Positions 19,828 to 29,155 of a DNA stretch of 64,000 nucleotides are shown here, piece by piece. Origin of the DNA: Candidatus Dormiibacterota bacterium (GTDB lineage Bacteria > Chloroflexota > Dormibacteria > CF-121). Under the pieces are notes generated by a model. That model did no database searches and had not been told where the DNA came from. It saw only the letters and a program-made list of their open reading frames with translations. Location: positions 6,708 to 70,707 of the forward strand of contig DATCOB010000025.1 in the NCBI GenBank assembly GCA_036564925.1, read 5' to 3'. A program made the position numbers and the translations under genes. Position 1 is the stretch's first letter. Each line of letters starts with the position of its first letter.

Positions 19828-21915
19828 ATGCCCTTCGAAGCCACGCTTCCATTCAGTGCCCTGGTCGGGCAGGATCCGATGAAGCGAGCCCTACTCCTCA
19901 ACGCCGTCGACCCCGCCATTGGTGGGGTCCTGATCCGGGGCGACCGCGGCACGGCCAAATCGTCGGCGGTCCGTGGGCTGGCTCGTCTCCTTCCCGAGTA
20001 CGACGCGGTCGAGGGCTGCCCCTACCGCTGCGATCCGGCCTTGCCATCCCGGTACTGTGATAGTTGTCGGGAGCGCGCCAAGGCCGGTGCGCTGCCGGTG
20101 ACCCGACATTCCATGCGCATCGTCGAACTCCCGATCAACGCCTCGGAAGACCGGCTGGTGGGCTCCATCGACATCGAGGCGGCGGTGCGCTCCGGTACCC
20201 GTCGTTTCCAGCCGGGCGTGCTGGCCGAAGCGAATCGCAACATCCTGTACGTCGACGAGGTGAACCTGCTGGATGATCACCTGGTCGACGTTTTGCTCGA
20301 CGCGGCGGCCATGGGGGTCAATGTGGTCGAACGGGAGGGGATGTCGGTCATCCATCCAGCTCATTTCATCCTGGTCGGCACCATGAATCCGGAAGAAGGC
20401 GAGCTGCGTCCCCAACTCCTGGATCGCTTCGGGCTCTGCGTCGACGTGGAGACCCTGACCGACATCGACCAGCGTCTCCAGGTGATGGAACTGGAGCGCG
20501 ACTTCCTGATCGACGCCGGCCAGGTCGTGCGAACGGCGTCGTCGAATGAGGCCCGGCTTCGCGAGGCGATCCAGACGGCGCGAGCCCGGCTGCCGCAGGT
20601 CGGCCTTGCGGAAGCGATCCGCGCCCTGATTGCCCGGTTGTGCCTCGAAGACGCGGTGGCCGGACACCGGGCGGACCTGGTGGTGGCCAGGACAGCGCGC
20701 GCCATCTGCGCCCTGCGTGGGGGCGAGACGGTAGAGCTGCCGGACGTCCTTGAAGCCCTCGAATTGGGCCTTGCCCACCGCCGGCGTGAGCGGGCGGTCA
20801 ACGCCCCCGCCCAGGCGCAGAACCTGGCGGTGCGCGCCGCCGAGCAACTGGCGCAGATCCAGTCGACCACACCCAGCGAGAAGGGTCAGGACGTGCTTGG
20901 AGAAGCCACGCAAAGCGAAGGCGCCTCGGGCGGCGAGGCGACGGAAGGCTGGACCACCTCGCAAACGCGCGAGTCGCAGGCGACCGACGTGGCGGATGCG
21001 GAACCGGAAACCGTGATCCAGCTTCCTACCTTCAACGTCAGGAAGCTGGACCTTCCTCGAGAGCGCCAGGCACGGCGGGCTGCCGGGAAGAGAACGGCGA
21101 CCAAAAGTGAGACCAAGCGCGGCCGCTACGTCCGCAGCGCCCAGGCGGAGAAGGTGACGGATCTCGCCTTCGATGCGACGGTCCGTGCTGCGGCGCCGTA
21201 CCAACTGGGACGACGCAAGGCCGCGGTTACCGGCGGTCCGCACCTCCAGCTCGAGCGGCATGATCTCCGGCAGAAAGTCCGCGAGCGGAAGACCGGCAAC
21301 CTGATCGTCTTCGTGGTCGATGCCAGTGCCTCGATGGACGCCGAGCAGCGCATGCTGGCGACCAAGGGCGCCATCCTGTCGCTCCTGCGCCATGCGTATG
21401 TACGTCGCGACAAGGTCGCGCTGGTCGCTTTCAGTGGCCGCAGCGCCCGCGTGGTCCTGCGGCCAACGTCGAGCGTCGACCTGGCGGAACGCCGCCTCGA
21501 GCGGCTCAGCATCGGGGGGACGACGCCGCTGACGCACGGGCTGGTGACCGCCCTCAAGCTGGTCAAGACCGAACGGCTCCGCGATCCGCGCGTGTATCCG
21601 CTGGTCGTCTTGATCAGCGACGGCCGGGGGAACATCAGCCTGTTTGGCGAGGAGCCGTTGTTGGAAGCGCAGCGTGCCGCCGCCCAGGTCAAGCAGGAGG
21701 GCATCCGCGCGATCGTGATCGACTCGACCCGCGATTTCGGCAGCCAGCCCGGTCACCCGCGCAGCCGGGTGATGAGCCTGTACGGCGCCTATGCCTTCAA
21801 TGTGTGTGCCGATCTCGCGGAACGCCTCGGCGGCCGCTACTACGGCCTCTTCGACCTGTCGCAGACGGCCATCGTCGATACCGTCCAGCGTGAGATGCTT
21901 AGAACGGGTGCTTAG
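19828..21915 (+). CDS. magnesium-chelatase subunit D-like protein (degenerate AAA+ domain + acidic/Pro linker + C-terminal vWA)
   Basis: ChlI-like N-terminus (PFSALVGQD...[15 protein letters not shown], Walker A Gly to Ala), Cys-rich insert CPYRCDP...CDSCRER, C-terminal vWA with [14 protein letters not shown]; start at MPFEATL. Confidence 0.8.
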   Translation: MPFEATLPFSALVGQDPMKRALLLNAVDPAIGGVLIRGDRGTAKSSAVRGLARLLPEYDAVEGCPYRCDPALPSRYCDSCRERAKAGALPVTRHSMRIVELPINASEDRLVGSIDIEAAVRSGTRRFQPGVLAEANRNILYVDEVNLLDDHLVDVLLDAAAMGVNVVEREGMSVIHPAHFILVGTMNPEEGELRPQLLDRFGLCVDVETLTDIDQRLQVMELERDFLIDAGQVVRTASSNEARLREAIQTARARLPQVGLAEAIRALIARLCLEDAVAGHRADLVVARTARAICALRGGETVELPDVLEALELGLAHRRRERAVNAPAQAQNLAVRAAEQLAQIQSTTPSEKGQDVLGEATQSEGASGGEATEGWTTSQTRESQATDVADAEPETVIQLPTFNVRKLDLPRERQARRAAGKRTATKSETKRGRYVRSAQAEKVTDLAFDATVRAAAPYQLGRRKAAVTGGPHLQLERHDLRQKVRERKTGNLIVFVVDASASMDAEQRMLATKGAILSLLRHAYVRRDKVALVAFSGRSARVVLRPTSSVDLAERRLERLSIGGTTPLTHGLVTALKLVKTERLRDPRVYPLVVLISDGRGNISLFGEEPLLEAQRAAAQVKQEGIRAIVIDSTRDFGSQPGHPRSRVMSLYGAYAFNVCADLAERLGGRYYGLFDLSQTAIVDTVQREMLRTGA

Positions 21916-22105
21916 CAGAACAGCGAGGCCGCAGGCCGGACGCCTCAAACGCTCGCATCGCACTAAAGCGCGGCTCGCGTGGGCCGGCGGGCCCGGCTTT
22001 CGCGCGGATAGCGCCGGCGCCCCATGCGGCCTGTACGCGCAGGGCGAGGGCATTGGAATTTTGCCCGAGCCGCGCATGGGCCGCTGGACGGCGCACCGGC
22101 GCGAG

Positions 22106-22140
22106 AAAGTCTCTGTGCTCGAAGGGCAATAGAGGTAGCC
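22106..22140 (+). repeat. copy A of a ~35-nt intergenic motif AAGTCTCTGTG-N3-GAAG-N5-TAGAGGTAGCC
   Basis: AAAGTCTCTGTGCTCGAAGGGCAATAGAGGTAGCC immediately 5' of chlI-like TTG start; related to 37129..37167 and 58043..58078. Confidence 0.55.
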
Positions 22141-23172
22141 TTGGAGCGATTTACGTATCCGTTCAGCGCGATAGTCGGGCAGGACAAGATGAAGCTCGCG
22201 CTCGTCTTGAACGCGATCCACCCGGCGATCGGTGGCGTGCTGATCCGCGGTGAGAAGGGGACCGGGAAGTCCACCGCGGTCCGGGCGCTGGCCCGGCTCC
22301 TTCCCGAGCAGAACGTCGTGGCCGATTGCGTCTATCGGTGCGACCCGAATGCGCCCGAGGCGCTCTGCTCCGACTGCCGGGACCGGATCGCACGAGGCGA
22401 GACCCTGCCGAGGGCGCGCCGCCGAATGCGGGTCGTCGAACTGCCCATCAACGCGTCCGAGGATCGGGTTGTCGGGGCGATCGACATCGAGGCCGCCATC
22501 AAGAGTGGCGAGCGTCGCTTCGAGCCGGGGGTGCTGGCCGAGGCGAACCGCAATATCCTCTACGTCGACGAGGTGAACCTCCTCGACGATCACCTCGTGG
22601 ACGTGCTGCTGGACGCCGCGGCGATGGGCGTGAACGTGGTCGAACGCGAGGGGATCTCCATCTGGCACCCGGCGCGATTCATTCTGGTCGGCACCATGAA
22701 CCCCGAGGAGGGCGACCTGCGCCCACAGTTGCTGGACCGGTTTGGTCTCGCGGTCGACGTCGAAGGGATCAAGGACATCGGCCAGCGCGTGCAGATCGTG
22801 GAACGCCGCGAAGAATGGGAGTCTGACCCGGCTGGGTTCAGCCAGCGCTTCGCGGACGAGGATGCGCAGATCGGCCAGCGTATCGCGGAGGGGATCGTGC
22901 GCTTCCCGAAGGTCACCGTGCCGGTGGCGATCCTTCGGGGGCTGGCGGAGCTCAACGTCAGCCTCCAGGTGGATGGGCACCGGGCCGACCTCGTGGGCCG
23001 CAAGGCGGCCCAAGGCCTCGCCGCGTACCGTGGCGTTGGCGAGGTGGGCGTGAACGAGGTTAACGAGGTCGCCGACATGGTGCTGGCCCATCGAGTGAAG
23101 GCCGGGGGACGGCGCGAGCTTGGCTCCATCGGTCAGAGCATCTCGGGGGCATCGCGAGCGTCCAGAAGCTAG
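22141..23172 (+). CDS. magnesium-chelatase subunit I-like AAA+ ATPase
   Basis: TTG start with GAGG SD; [10 protein letters not shown], intact Walker [10 protein letters not shown], Walker [13 protein letters not shown], Cys-rich insert CVYRCDP...CSDCRDR; 344 aa. Confidence 0.8.
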   Translation: MERFTYPFSAIVGQDKMKLALVLNAIHPAIGGVLIRGEKGTGKSTAVRALARLLPEQNVVADCVYRCDPNAPEALCSDCRDRIARGETLPRARRRMRVVELPINASEDRVVGAIDIEAAIKSGERRFEPGVLAEANRNILYVDEVNLLDDHLVDVLLDAAAMGVNVVEREGISIWHPARFILVGTMNPEEGDLRPQLLDRFGLAVDVEGIKDIGQRVQIVERREEWESDPAGFSQRFADEDAQIGQRIAEGIVRFPKVTVPVAILRGLAELNVSLQVDGHRADLVGRKAAQGLAAYRGVGEVGVNEVNEVADMVLAHRVKAGGRRELGSIGQSISGASRASRS

Positions 23173-23199
23173 CCGGGCGCGAAGGGAGTCGCAAGCTCC

Positions 23200-24456
23200 T
23201 TGGCTCGGCTTGCGCGGGAACACCGTCTCATTTTTCAATACTTGACGCGGTCGATCGCAGGCGATGACCGGACACTGCTGACGCGACTGAACGCGATCAT
23301 CGACGAGCTGCCGGCCAGCCTCCTCCGAGTCAAGGATGCCGAGCTGGGCGAGCACCTGATCCAGATCCATGAGGCGGTCGACCGGCTGGAGGCGGTCTTT
23401 GGCGGCGGTTTGCGCCGCTTTGACCGGTCCGGGGACTGCAAGGCCGACGGGGCACTGTCGTCGGTGGCCTGGCTGCGCTGGCGATGCAAGCTCTCCGGTG
23501 GTGCGGCGGCCGAACGGGTGAACATGGCCCGCCAGCTCGAGCAACTGCCCGAAACCAGGAAGGCCTTCGCCGGCGGCGAGGTCGGGTACCAGCATGTCGC
23601 GCGGCTGGCGCGGACGGCCGAGAACGTCGGCGTGGCCGCGGTTCGCCAGCAGGAGGGGAATCTGCTGCAGGCCGCCCGCACCATGGATGCCAGCCAGTTT
23701 GCCGGGGTAGCGCGGCGCTTCGAGTACCAGCTCGATCAGGCGGCGGCGCTGACGGAGGCGAACCGCGCCCATACGCGACGCTACCTGCACCTGAGTGAGC
23801 CGACCAACGGGCTCGTCCATCTCGAGGGGCTGCTCGATGCCGAGGGAGGCGCCACGTTGAAGACCGCCCTGAATGCCCTGCTGCCGCCGCCGAAGCAGGA
23901 CGACGACCGCACCGCGGGGCAGCGACGCGCCGACGCCCTGGTCGACCTGTGCCGGCAGCGGCTGGATGGCCGCCACGCGGGCCAGGTGGGCGGGCAGCGG
24001 CCGCACCTCGTCATCACGGCGAGTGCCGAGGCCCTGGCCGGCCTCCCCGGCGCCCCGCCGGCGGAGCTCGCCGGGGTGGGCGCGATCCCCCTCGAGACGG
24101 CGCAGCGCCACGCCTGCGACGCGTCGGTAAGCCTGATTCTCGCCCAGGGCGAGCTGGACCGCGAGCGAGCGGGCCACGCCAGCCAGAAGATCCCGCCGGC
24201 GACGCGCCGGGCGCTGGTCGCCCGCGACCGTGGCTGCGTCGTCAATGGCTGTCAGCGGCCGCCGGCCTGGTGCGATGGACATCACGTGGTCTGGTGGACG
24301 CGGGGTGGCCGGACGGAGCTGTCCAACCTGGCGCTGGTCTGCGGGCGCCATCACCGCATGATCCACGAAGAAGGCTGGAGCCTGAGCCGGAACGTGGGTC
24401 AGTGGGTCACCACGCCACCGGCCAGCAGGGTCGCGGCGCATGCCCGGTCCGCCTGA
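23200..24456 (+). CDS. DUF222 + HNH endonuclease domain protein (actinobacterial '13E12-like' family)
   Basis: C-terminal HNH motif CVVNGCQRP..CDGHHVVWW..GG.T...NLALVCGRHHRMIH; long alpha-helical DUF222-like N-terminus; 418 aa. Confidence 0.8.
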   Translation: MARLAREHRLIFQYLTRSIAGDDRTLLTRLNAIIDELPASLLRVKDAELGEHLIQIHEAVDRLEAVFGGGLRRFDRSGDCKADGALSSVAWLRWRCKLSGGAAAERVNMARQLEQLPETRKAFAGGEVGYQHVARLARTAENVGVAAVRQQEGNLLQAARTMDASQFAGVARRFEYQLDQAAALTEANRAHTRRYLHLSEPTNGLVHLEGLLDAEGGATLKTALNALLPPPKQDDDRTAGQRRADALVDLCRQRLDGRHAGQVGGQRPHLVITASAEALAGLPGAPPAELAGVGAIPLETAQRHACDASVSLILAQGELDRERAGHASQKIPPATRRALVARDRGCVVNGCQRPPAWCDGHHVVWWTRGGRTELSNLALVCGRHHRMIHEEGWSLSRNVGQWVTTPPASRVAAHARSA

Positions 24457-24492
24457 CCCCGGGAAATTCTGATCTGCAGATAAACTCCGTTC

Positions 24493-26295
24493 GTGTCCAC
24501 GCCCACCCACTTGATCCGTGCCATCTCGGTTATCGCCCATGTGGACCACGGCAAGACGACATTGTCGGACCGCCTCCTCGAGTTCACCGGGACCGTTGCG
24601 CCCCGCGACATGGTGGAGCAGGTCCTCGATCAACTCGATCTCGAGCGCGAGCGCGGCATCACGATCAAGGCGCAGGCCGTCCGCATGCTGTACCAGGCGG
24701 ACGATGGCAATACCTACCAGATCAACCTCATCGACACGCCCGGCCACGTGGATTTTTCCTACGAGGTCTCGCGGGCCCTGGCGGCCTGTGACGGCGCCAT
24801 CCTGGTGGTGGACGCATCGCAGGGGATCGAGGCGCAGACGCTCGCCAACGTCCACCAGGCGCTCGACCACCACCTGACGATCGTGCCGGTCGTCAACAAG
24901 ATCGACCTGCCGCATGCCGATCCCGAGCTAGTGCGCGAGGAGATCCAGAAGGTGATCGGGCTTCCGGCCGAGTCCGTCATCTTCGCCAGTGCGCGGCAGG
25001 GCATTGGCACCAAAGAGATCCTGGAGGCGGTCGTCCGCGAGGTGCCGCCCCCGACCGGCGACCGGTCATCTCCGCTGCAGGCGCTGATCTTCGATGCCAA
25101 GTTCGACGCCTACCGCGGCGTGGTCACCTATGTGCGTGTGCTCGAAGGAACGCTCCGCCCCAAGATGCGGATCCAGATGATGCAGACCGGCAGGAGCTTC
25201 GAAGTCGACGAAGTGGGGGTCTTTCGGCCCCACCGCACCGAGGTGGAGGACCTCTCCGCCGGCGAGGTCGGATACCTGATCGCCAACATTCGCAACGTTC
25301 GCGATTCCCGGGTCGGCGATACCGTGACCGATGAGGCGAGGCCTGCCGCCGCCCCGCTGCCGGGCTATCGCCACGTGACGCCGATGGTCTTTGCCGGGCT
25401 GTTCCCGACCGACACCGACCAGTACCAGCAGTTGAAGGAGGCGCTCGAGCGGCTGCAACTCAACGATGCCTCGCTCGTGTACGAGCCGGAGTCCTCGGCA
25501 GCGCTGGGCTTCGGATATCGGTGCGGCTTCCTCGGGCTGCTTCACATGGACATCGTCCAGGAGCGGCTCGAGCGCGAGTTCAACCTCACGCTGCTCGCCA
25601 CCGCGCCCACGGTCGAGTATCGGGTCCGGCTCCGGAATGGTGAGGAGGTGCCGGTCGACAACCCTGACAAACTGCCGGATCCCGCCGAGATCGAGTCGAT
25701 CAGCGAGCCGATGGTGCTGGCTACGGTCGTGGTGCCGAGCACCTACGTGGGCAACATGATGGAGTTGAGCCAGGAGCGTCGGGGACAGTTCTTGAACATG
25801 GAGTACCAGCCGGGCGACCGGGTCGTGATCACCTATCGGATGCCGCTGGCGGAGATCATCCACGACTACAACGACCAGCTCAAGTCCCGCAGCAAGGGCT
25901 ATGCCTCGCTGGACTACGAACTCGTCGGCTTCGAGGAAGCGAACCTCGTCAAGCTCGACATCCTGGTTGCGGGGTCGCCGGTCGATGCCCTCTCGATGAT
26001 CGTGGAGCGGAGCAAGGCGCATCAGCAGGGGCGGCGGCTGAGCGAGAAACTGAAGACCCTCATTCCGCGTCAGCTCTTCGAGGTCCCCATCCAGGCGGCG
26101 ATCGGCGGCAAGATCGTCGCCCGCGAAACGGTGCCCGCCCTGCGCAAGGACGTGATCGCCAAGTGCTACGGCGGTGATGTGACCCGCAAACGCAAGCTGC
26201 TCGAAAAGCAAAAAGAGGGAAAGAAGCGCATGAAGCGGGTCGGGAACGTCGAGATCCCGCAGGAGGCTTTCATGGCCGTATTGAGCCTGGACTGA
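24493..26295 (+). CDS. lepA: elongation factor 4 (LepA)
   Basis: [23 protein letters not shown]-domain, LepA C-terminal domain; 600 aa. Confidence 0.95.
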   Translation: MSTPTHLIRAISVIAHVDHGKTTLSDRLLEFTGTVAPRDMVEQVLDQLDLERERGITIKAQAVRMLYQADDGNTYQINLIDTPGHVDFSYEVSRALAACDGAILVVDASQGIEAQTLANVHQALDHHLTIVPVVNKIDLPHADPELVREEIQKVIGLPAESVIFASARQGIGTKEILEAVVREVPPPTGDRSSPLQALIFDAKFDAYRGVVTYVRVLEGTLRPKMRIQMMQTGRSFEVDEVGVFRPHRTEVEDLSAGEVGYLIANIRNVRDSRVGDTVTDEARPAAAPLPGYRHVTPMVFAGLFPTDTDQYQQLKEALERLQLNDASLVYEPESSAALGFGYRCGFLGLLHMDIVQERLEREFNLTLLATAPTVEYRVRLRNGEEVPVDNPDKLPDPAEIESISEPMVLATVVVPSTYVGNMMELSQERRGQFLNMEYQPGDRVVITYRMPLAEIIHDYNDQLKSRSKGYASLDYELVGFEEANLVKLDILVAGSPVDALSMIVERSKAHQQGRRLSEKLKTLIPRQLFEVPIQAAIGGKIVARETVPALRKDVIAKCYGGDVTRKRKLLEKQKEGKKRMKRVGNVEIPQEAFMAVLSLD

Positions 26296-27416
26296 TGATG
26301 GAACGGATTCGCAGCCTGTACCTGCACGTGCCGTTCTGCACCTGGCTGTGCAAGTACTGTGACTTCAATACCTACGCCGTGCTCCAGGGTTTGATCCCGA
26401 GCTATGTGGAGGCGCTCAGCCGGGAAATCGACGTGCAATCCGCGATGATGCCGATCGGACCACTCGAGACCGTCTTCATCGGCGGCGGTACACCCAGCTT
26501 GCTGAGCGGCGACCAGTTGCAACGCGTGATGGCGCCGGTCTTCCGCATCGGGCTCCAGCCGGGCGCGGAGGTCACCATGGAGGCGAATCCGAGCAACGTC
26601 ACGAGCGAGCACGTCGCGGCCTGGCTGGCCGCCGGCGTGACCCGCCTCAGTCTCGGGGTGCAGAGCCTCCAGCCGGGCGCGCTGCGCTTTCTCGAGCGGC
26701 TACATTCCGGGGACGATGCCATTGCGGCCATCCGTGTCGCGCGGGCCGGTGGATTCGACAACATCAACGGGGACCTGCTGTATGGCGTCCCGGGCGTGGA
26801 CCTCAGTTCCTGGATGGAAACGCTTGATGCGGTGGTGGCCGAGGGGATCGAACACGTTTCGGCCTACGAACTCACCGTCGAGTCGGGGACTCGCCTGGGA
26901 CAGGAGGTGCGGACGGGGTTGGTCACGATGCCCGATGCCGAGGCGCAGCTCGATCAATACTGGGCGGCGGTCGATCGTCTTAAGGTGGCCGGCTTTTGTC
27001 ATTACGAGATCTCCAACTGGGCGCGTGAAGGCTATCGCTGCCGGCACAACCTCGCCGGCTGGCATTATCAGCCCTACCTTGGGTGCGGCGCCGGCGCGCA
27101 TTCGATGCTTCGCCTGGAGGATGGCACGACGGAGCGGCGCTGGAATGTGAAGGGGCCGCACGCCTACATCAAGGCCGTTGGCGAGGCGGGTCGGGCAGTC
27201 GACGGCCGGGAAACGCTGTCGCCGGAGCGCGCGCGCGGGGAGGCCGCGATGATCGGCGTTCGCGTGCTGGAGGGCACGACGGCAACCCAGGCCTTCCCTG
27301 ACCAGCGGCGTCAGCTGGTTGGCGCCGGCCTGCTGGTGGAGGACGCCGGACGGGTGCACCTCACCCGTCGTGGGGTCGAACTCGCCAACCAGGTTGGCGC
27401 CGCCTTCCTCCGCTAG
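26295..27416 (+). CDS. hemW: radical-SAM heme chaperone HemW (HemN-like)
   Basis: LYLHVPFCTWLCKYCDF CxxxCxxC radical SAM motif; conserved lepA-hemW synteny; start overlaps lepA stop. Confidence 0.9.
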   Translation: MMERIRSLYLHVPFCTWLCKYCDFNTYAVLQGLIPSYVEALSREIDVQSAMMPIGPLETVFIGGGTPSLLSGDQLQRVMAPVFRIGLQPGAEVTMEANPSNVTSEHVAAWLAAGVTRLSLGVQSLQPGALRFLERLHSGDDAIAAIRVARAGGFDNINGDLLYGVPGVDLSSWMETLDAVVAEGIEHVSAYELTVESGTRLGQEVRTGLVTMPDAEAQLDQYWAAVDRLKVAGFCHYEISNWAREGYRCRHNLAGWHYQPYLGCGAGAHSMLRLEDGTTERRWNVKGPHAYIKAVGEAGRAVDGRETLSPERARGEAAMIGVRVLEGTTATQAFPDQRRQLVGAGLLVEDAGRVHLTRRGVELANQVGAAFLR

Positions 27417-28012
27417 CCGCGTGGTGGGATGCCGGCCGTTGCCATCACTCGTTCGAAGACCTCGTAGGGTTGCGCGCCCATCACGAGGTACCGGTCGGCG
27501 ACGACGTGCGCCGGGATCCCGCTGATCATGAGCTCCTCGGCCTCCGCTCGCCGCGTGTCGAGGTAGTCTCCGAAACGATCCGTCCTGACCGCCTCGTCCA
27601 TGGCATCGGCGTCGACGCCGGCACGGATCGCCAGCTCTTTAAGGACGGCCATGGTCGAGATATCGCGACCCTCATCCCAGTAGGCGCGAAACAGCTCGCG
27701 GTGCATCGGCTCGAAGCGACCCTGCTCCCGGGCGAACTCCGCCGCCTGCAAGGCAGGACGGGAGTTGATCAACCGCTCGTGCAGCCGCAGCTCCAGGCCC
27801 ACCTGGGCAGCCATCCGGTTCAGCCCGGTCTCGACCTGCGTTCGGTAGGCGGCGGGCAGCACCTCGTCGCGTGGCCGGCCTTCCGGCGGAATTTCGGGAT
27901 GGAGCTCGTAGGGTACCCAATCGATCGCCACGTCGTATTCCCGGACGAGCTGCTCGACCCGGACCAGGTCGATGTAGCAGAAGGGTCAGACGTAGTCCGA
28001 GTAGATCCGCAC
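27413..28012 (-). CDS. DsbA/FrnE-family thiol:disulfide oxidoreductase with in-frame TGA at the first Cys position of the CPxC motif (candidate selenoprotein; alternatively 5'-truncated pseudogene)
   Basis: Annotated ORF (GTG at 27931) lacks the thioredoxin active site; extending upstream in frame gives GTG(28012)-RIYSDYV-TGA(27986-27988)-PFCYIDLVRVEQLVREYDVAIDWVPYELHPE, matching FrnE consensus I.SD..CPWCYIG...W..FELHP with TGA exactly at the first Cys. Confidence 0.55.
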
Positions 28013-28052
28013 CGGGCTGGCCACCCCGCAAGGATAGCCCGTACAATGGGCG

Positions 28053-28079
28053 TTAGCACTCGCGGACCGCGACTGCCAA
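28053..28079 (+). promoter_or_regulatory. CIRCE operator (HrcA binding site) upstream of hrcA
   Basis: TTAGCACTC-N9-GACTGCCAA vs consensus TTAGCACTC-N9-GAGTGCTAA (left arm 9/9, right arm 7/9), ending 1 nt before hrcA ATG. Confidence 0.7.
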
Positions 28080-28080
28080 C

Positions 28081-29121
28081 ATGCTAGAACCAAGCCAGCT
28101 GGACGAACGCAAGCAACGGATCCTCAAGGCGGTGGTCTCGGACTACACGCTGACCGGGATCCCGGTCGGGTCGCAGGTGCTGGCCGCCAAGTATTTTTTG
28201 GCCCTGTCGTCCGCCACGATCCGAAACGAGCTGGCCGACCTGGTGGGGACCGGCTACCTCCAGCAGCCGCATACCTCGGCGGGTCGCATTCCGACCGACC
28301 GCGGGTACCGCTATTTTGTCGACTTCTTGATGCAGCCGGAGGCGGCCCCGAGCGCGGTGCGGCGCGCCGTCAAGCAGGAGTTCGAGATCGCGCCGCACAA
28401 CCTTGAGGGCATCCTGGAGAAGGCCGCCATGGTCCTCGCCCAAATAACTGAGAATGTCTCGCTGGTCACCGCCCCGGAGACCAGTGAGTCCCGGATCAAG
28501 CACATCGACCTCGTTTCCCTCGAAGCCCAGTCGGTGCTGATCATCCTCGTTCTCGAGGGGAACTTGATCAAGCAACAGGTGGTCGGCCTCGAACGGCCCA
28601 CAACCCAGGACGACCTCAGCCGGATGGCGGCCATGTTGAACCGGAAGGTGCGGGGCCAGTCTGCGAATGAGCTGACGACCCGGCTCAGTCAGCTCGGACC
28701 GGACCGCGGGGAGCAACGACGGATCCTGGAACGGCTGGTCGACTCCATCAAGAGCCACCAGGCGCAGCGTCAGACCGTCGTGTTGCACGATGGGTTCCGC
28801 AACCTACTGCGCCACCCCGAGTTCGTCGACGTGACCCGGCTCGAGGAATTGCTCGAACTGATCGAACAGGGCGCCCAACTGGCCGGCATCCTGCAGCAGG
28901 TCGCCTTCGAGAAGGATGTCGAGGTCATCATCGGACGGGAAAACACGAGCAGCGGCCTGCGGGAGTGCAGCCTGGTACTGACGACCTACAAAATGGCGGA
29001 CCGGATCCGGGGGACGGTGGGCGTGGTGGGACCGACGCGCATGCCATACGGGCAGATCGTGGCCCGTGTTCGGCTCGTCAGCCAGATGACCTCGGAAGCG
29101 CTCGGCAACCTGGGCAACTGA
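28081..29121 (+). CDS. hrcA: heat-inducible transcription repressor HrcA
   Basis: Winged-helix N-terminus RKQRILKAVVSDYTLTGIPVGSQVLA, HrcA C-terminal domain; 346 aa. Confidence 0.9.
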   Translation: MLEPSQLDERKQRILKAVVSDYTLTGIPVGSQVLAAKYFLALSSATIRNELADLVGTGYLQQPHTSAGRIPTDRGYRYFVDFLMQPEAAPSAVRRAVKQEFEIAPHNLEGILEKAAMVLAQITENVSLVTAPETSESRIKHIDLVSLEAQSVLIILVLEGNLIKQQVVGLERPTTQDDLSRMAAMLNRKVRGQSANELTTRLSQLGPDRGEQRRILERLVDSIKSHQAQRQTVVLHDGFRNLLRHPEFVDVTRLEELLELIEQGAQLAGILQQVAFEKDVEVIIGRENTSSGLRECSLVLTTYKMADRIRGTVGVVGPTRMPYGQIVARVRLVSQMTSEALGNLGN

Positions 29122-29155
29122 TTTAGGCGGCGCGGCGAGGGGTAAGAAGCAAGGC

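Noticed and set aside
21916-22140. Cobalamin riboswitch between the chlD-like and chlI-like genes
   Set aside because: Only a GCCGCUG string loosely resembles the B12 box (GCCACUG). Other conserved cobalamin-riboswitch elements were not found.
19891-24915. 1674-aa ORF on the minus strand spanning the chlD-like, chlI-like, HNH and lepA genes
   Set aside because: It runs antisense to four independently well-supported plus-strand genes (Walker motifs, vWA, HNH, EF-G-like G domain). It has low-complexity Arg/Pro/Gly-rich composition typical of antisense frames in 68% GC DNA.
27930-27985. Possible SECIS hairpin CGAGC-A-GCTCG about 30 nt 3' of the in-frame UGA
   Set aside because: The loop would be a single nucleotide. 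Other pairings I tried (AUCGAC/UCGAU long-range) are weak. No convincing SECIS by eye, so it is left as an open check and not a claim.
27470-28087. 205-aa plus-strand ORF
   Set aside because: Antisense to the DsbA-like gene. The opposite strand gives a conserved FrnE-family alignment across its whole length.
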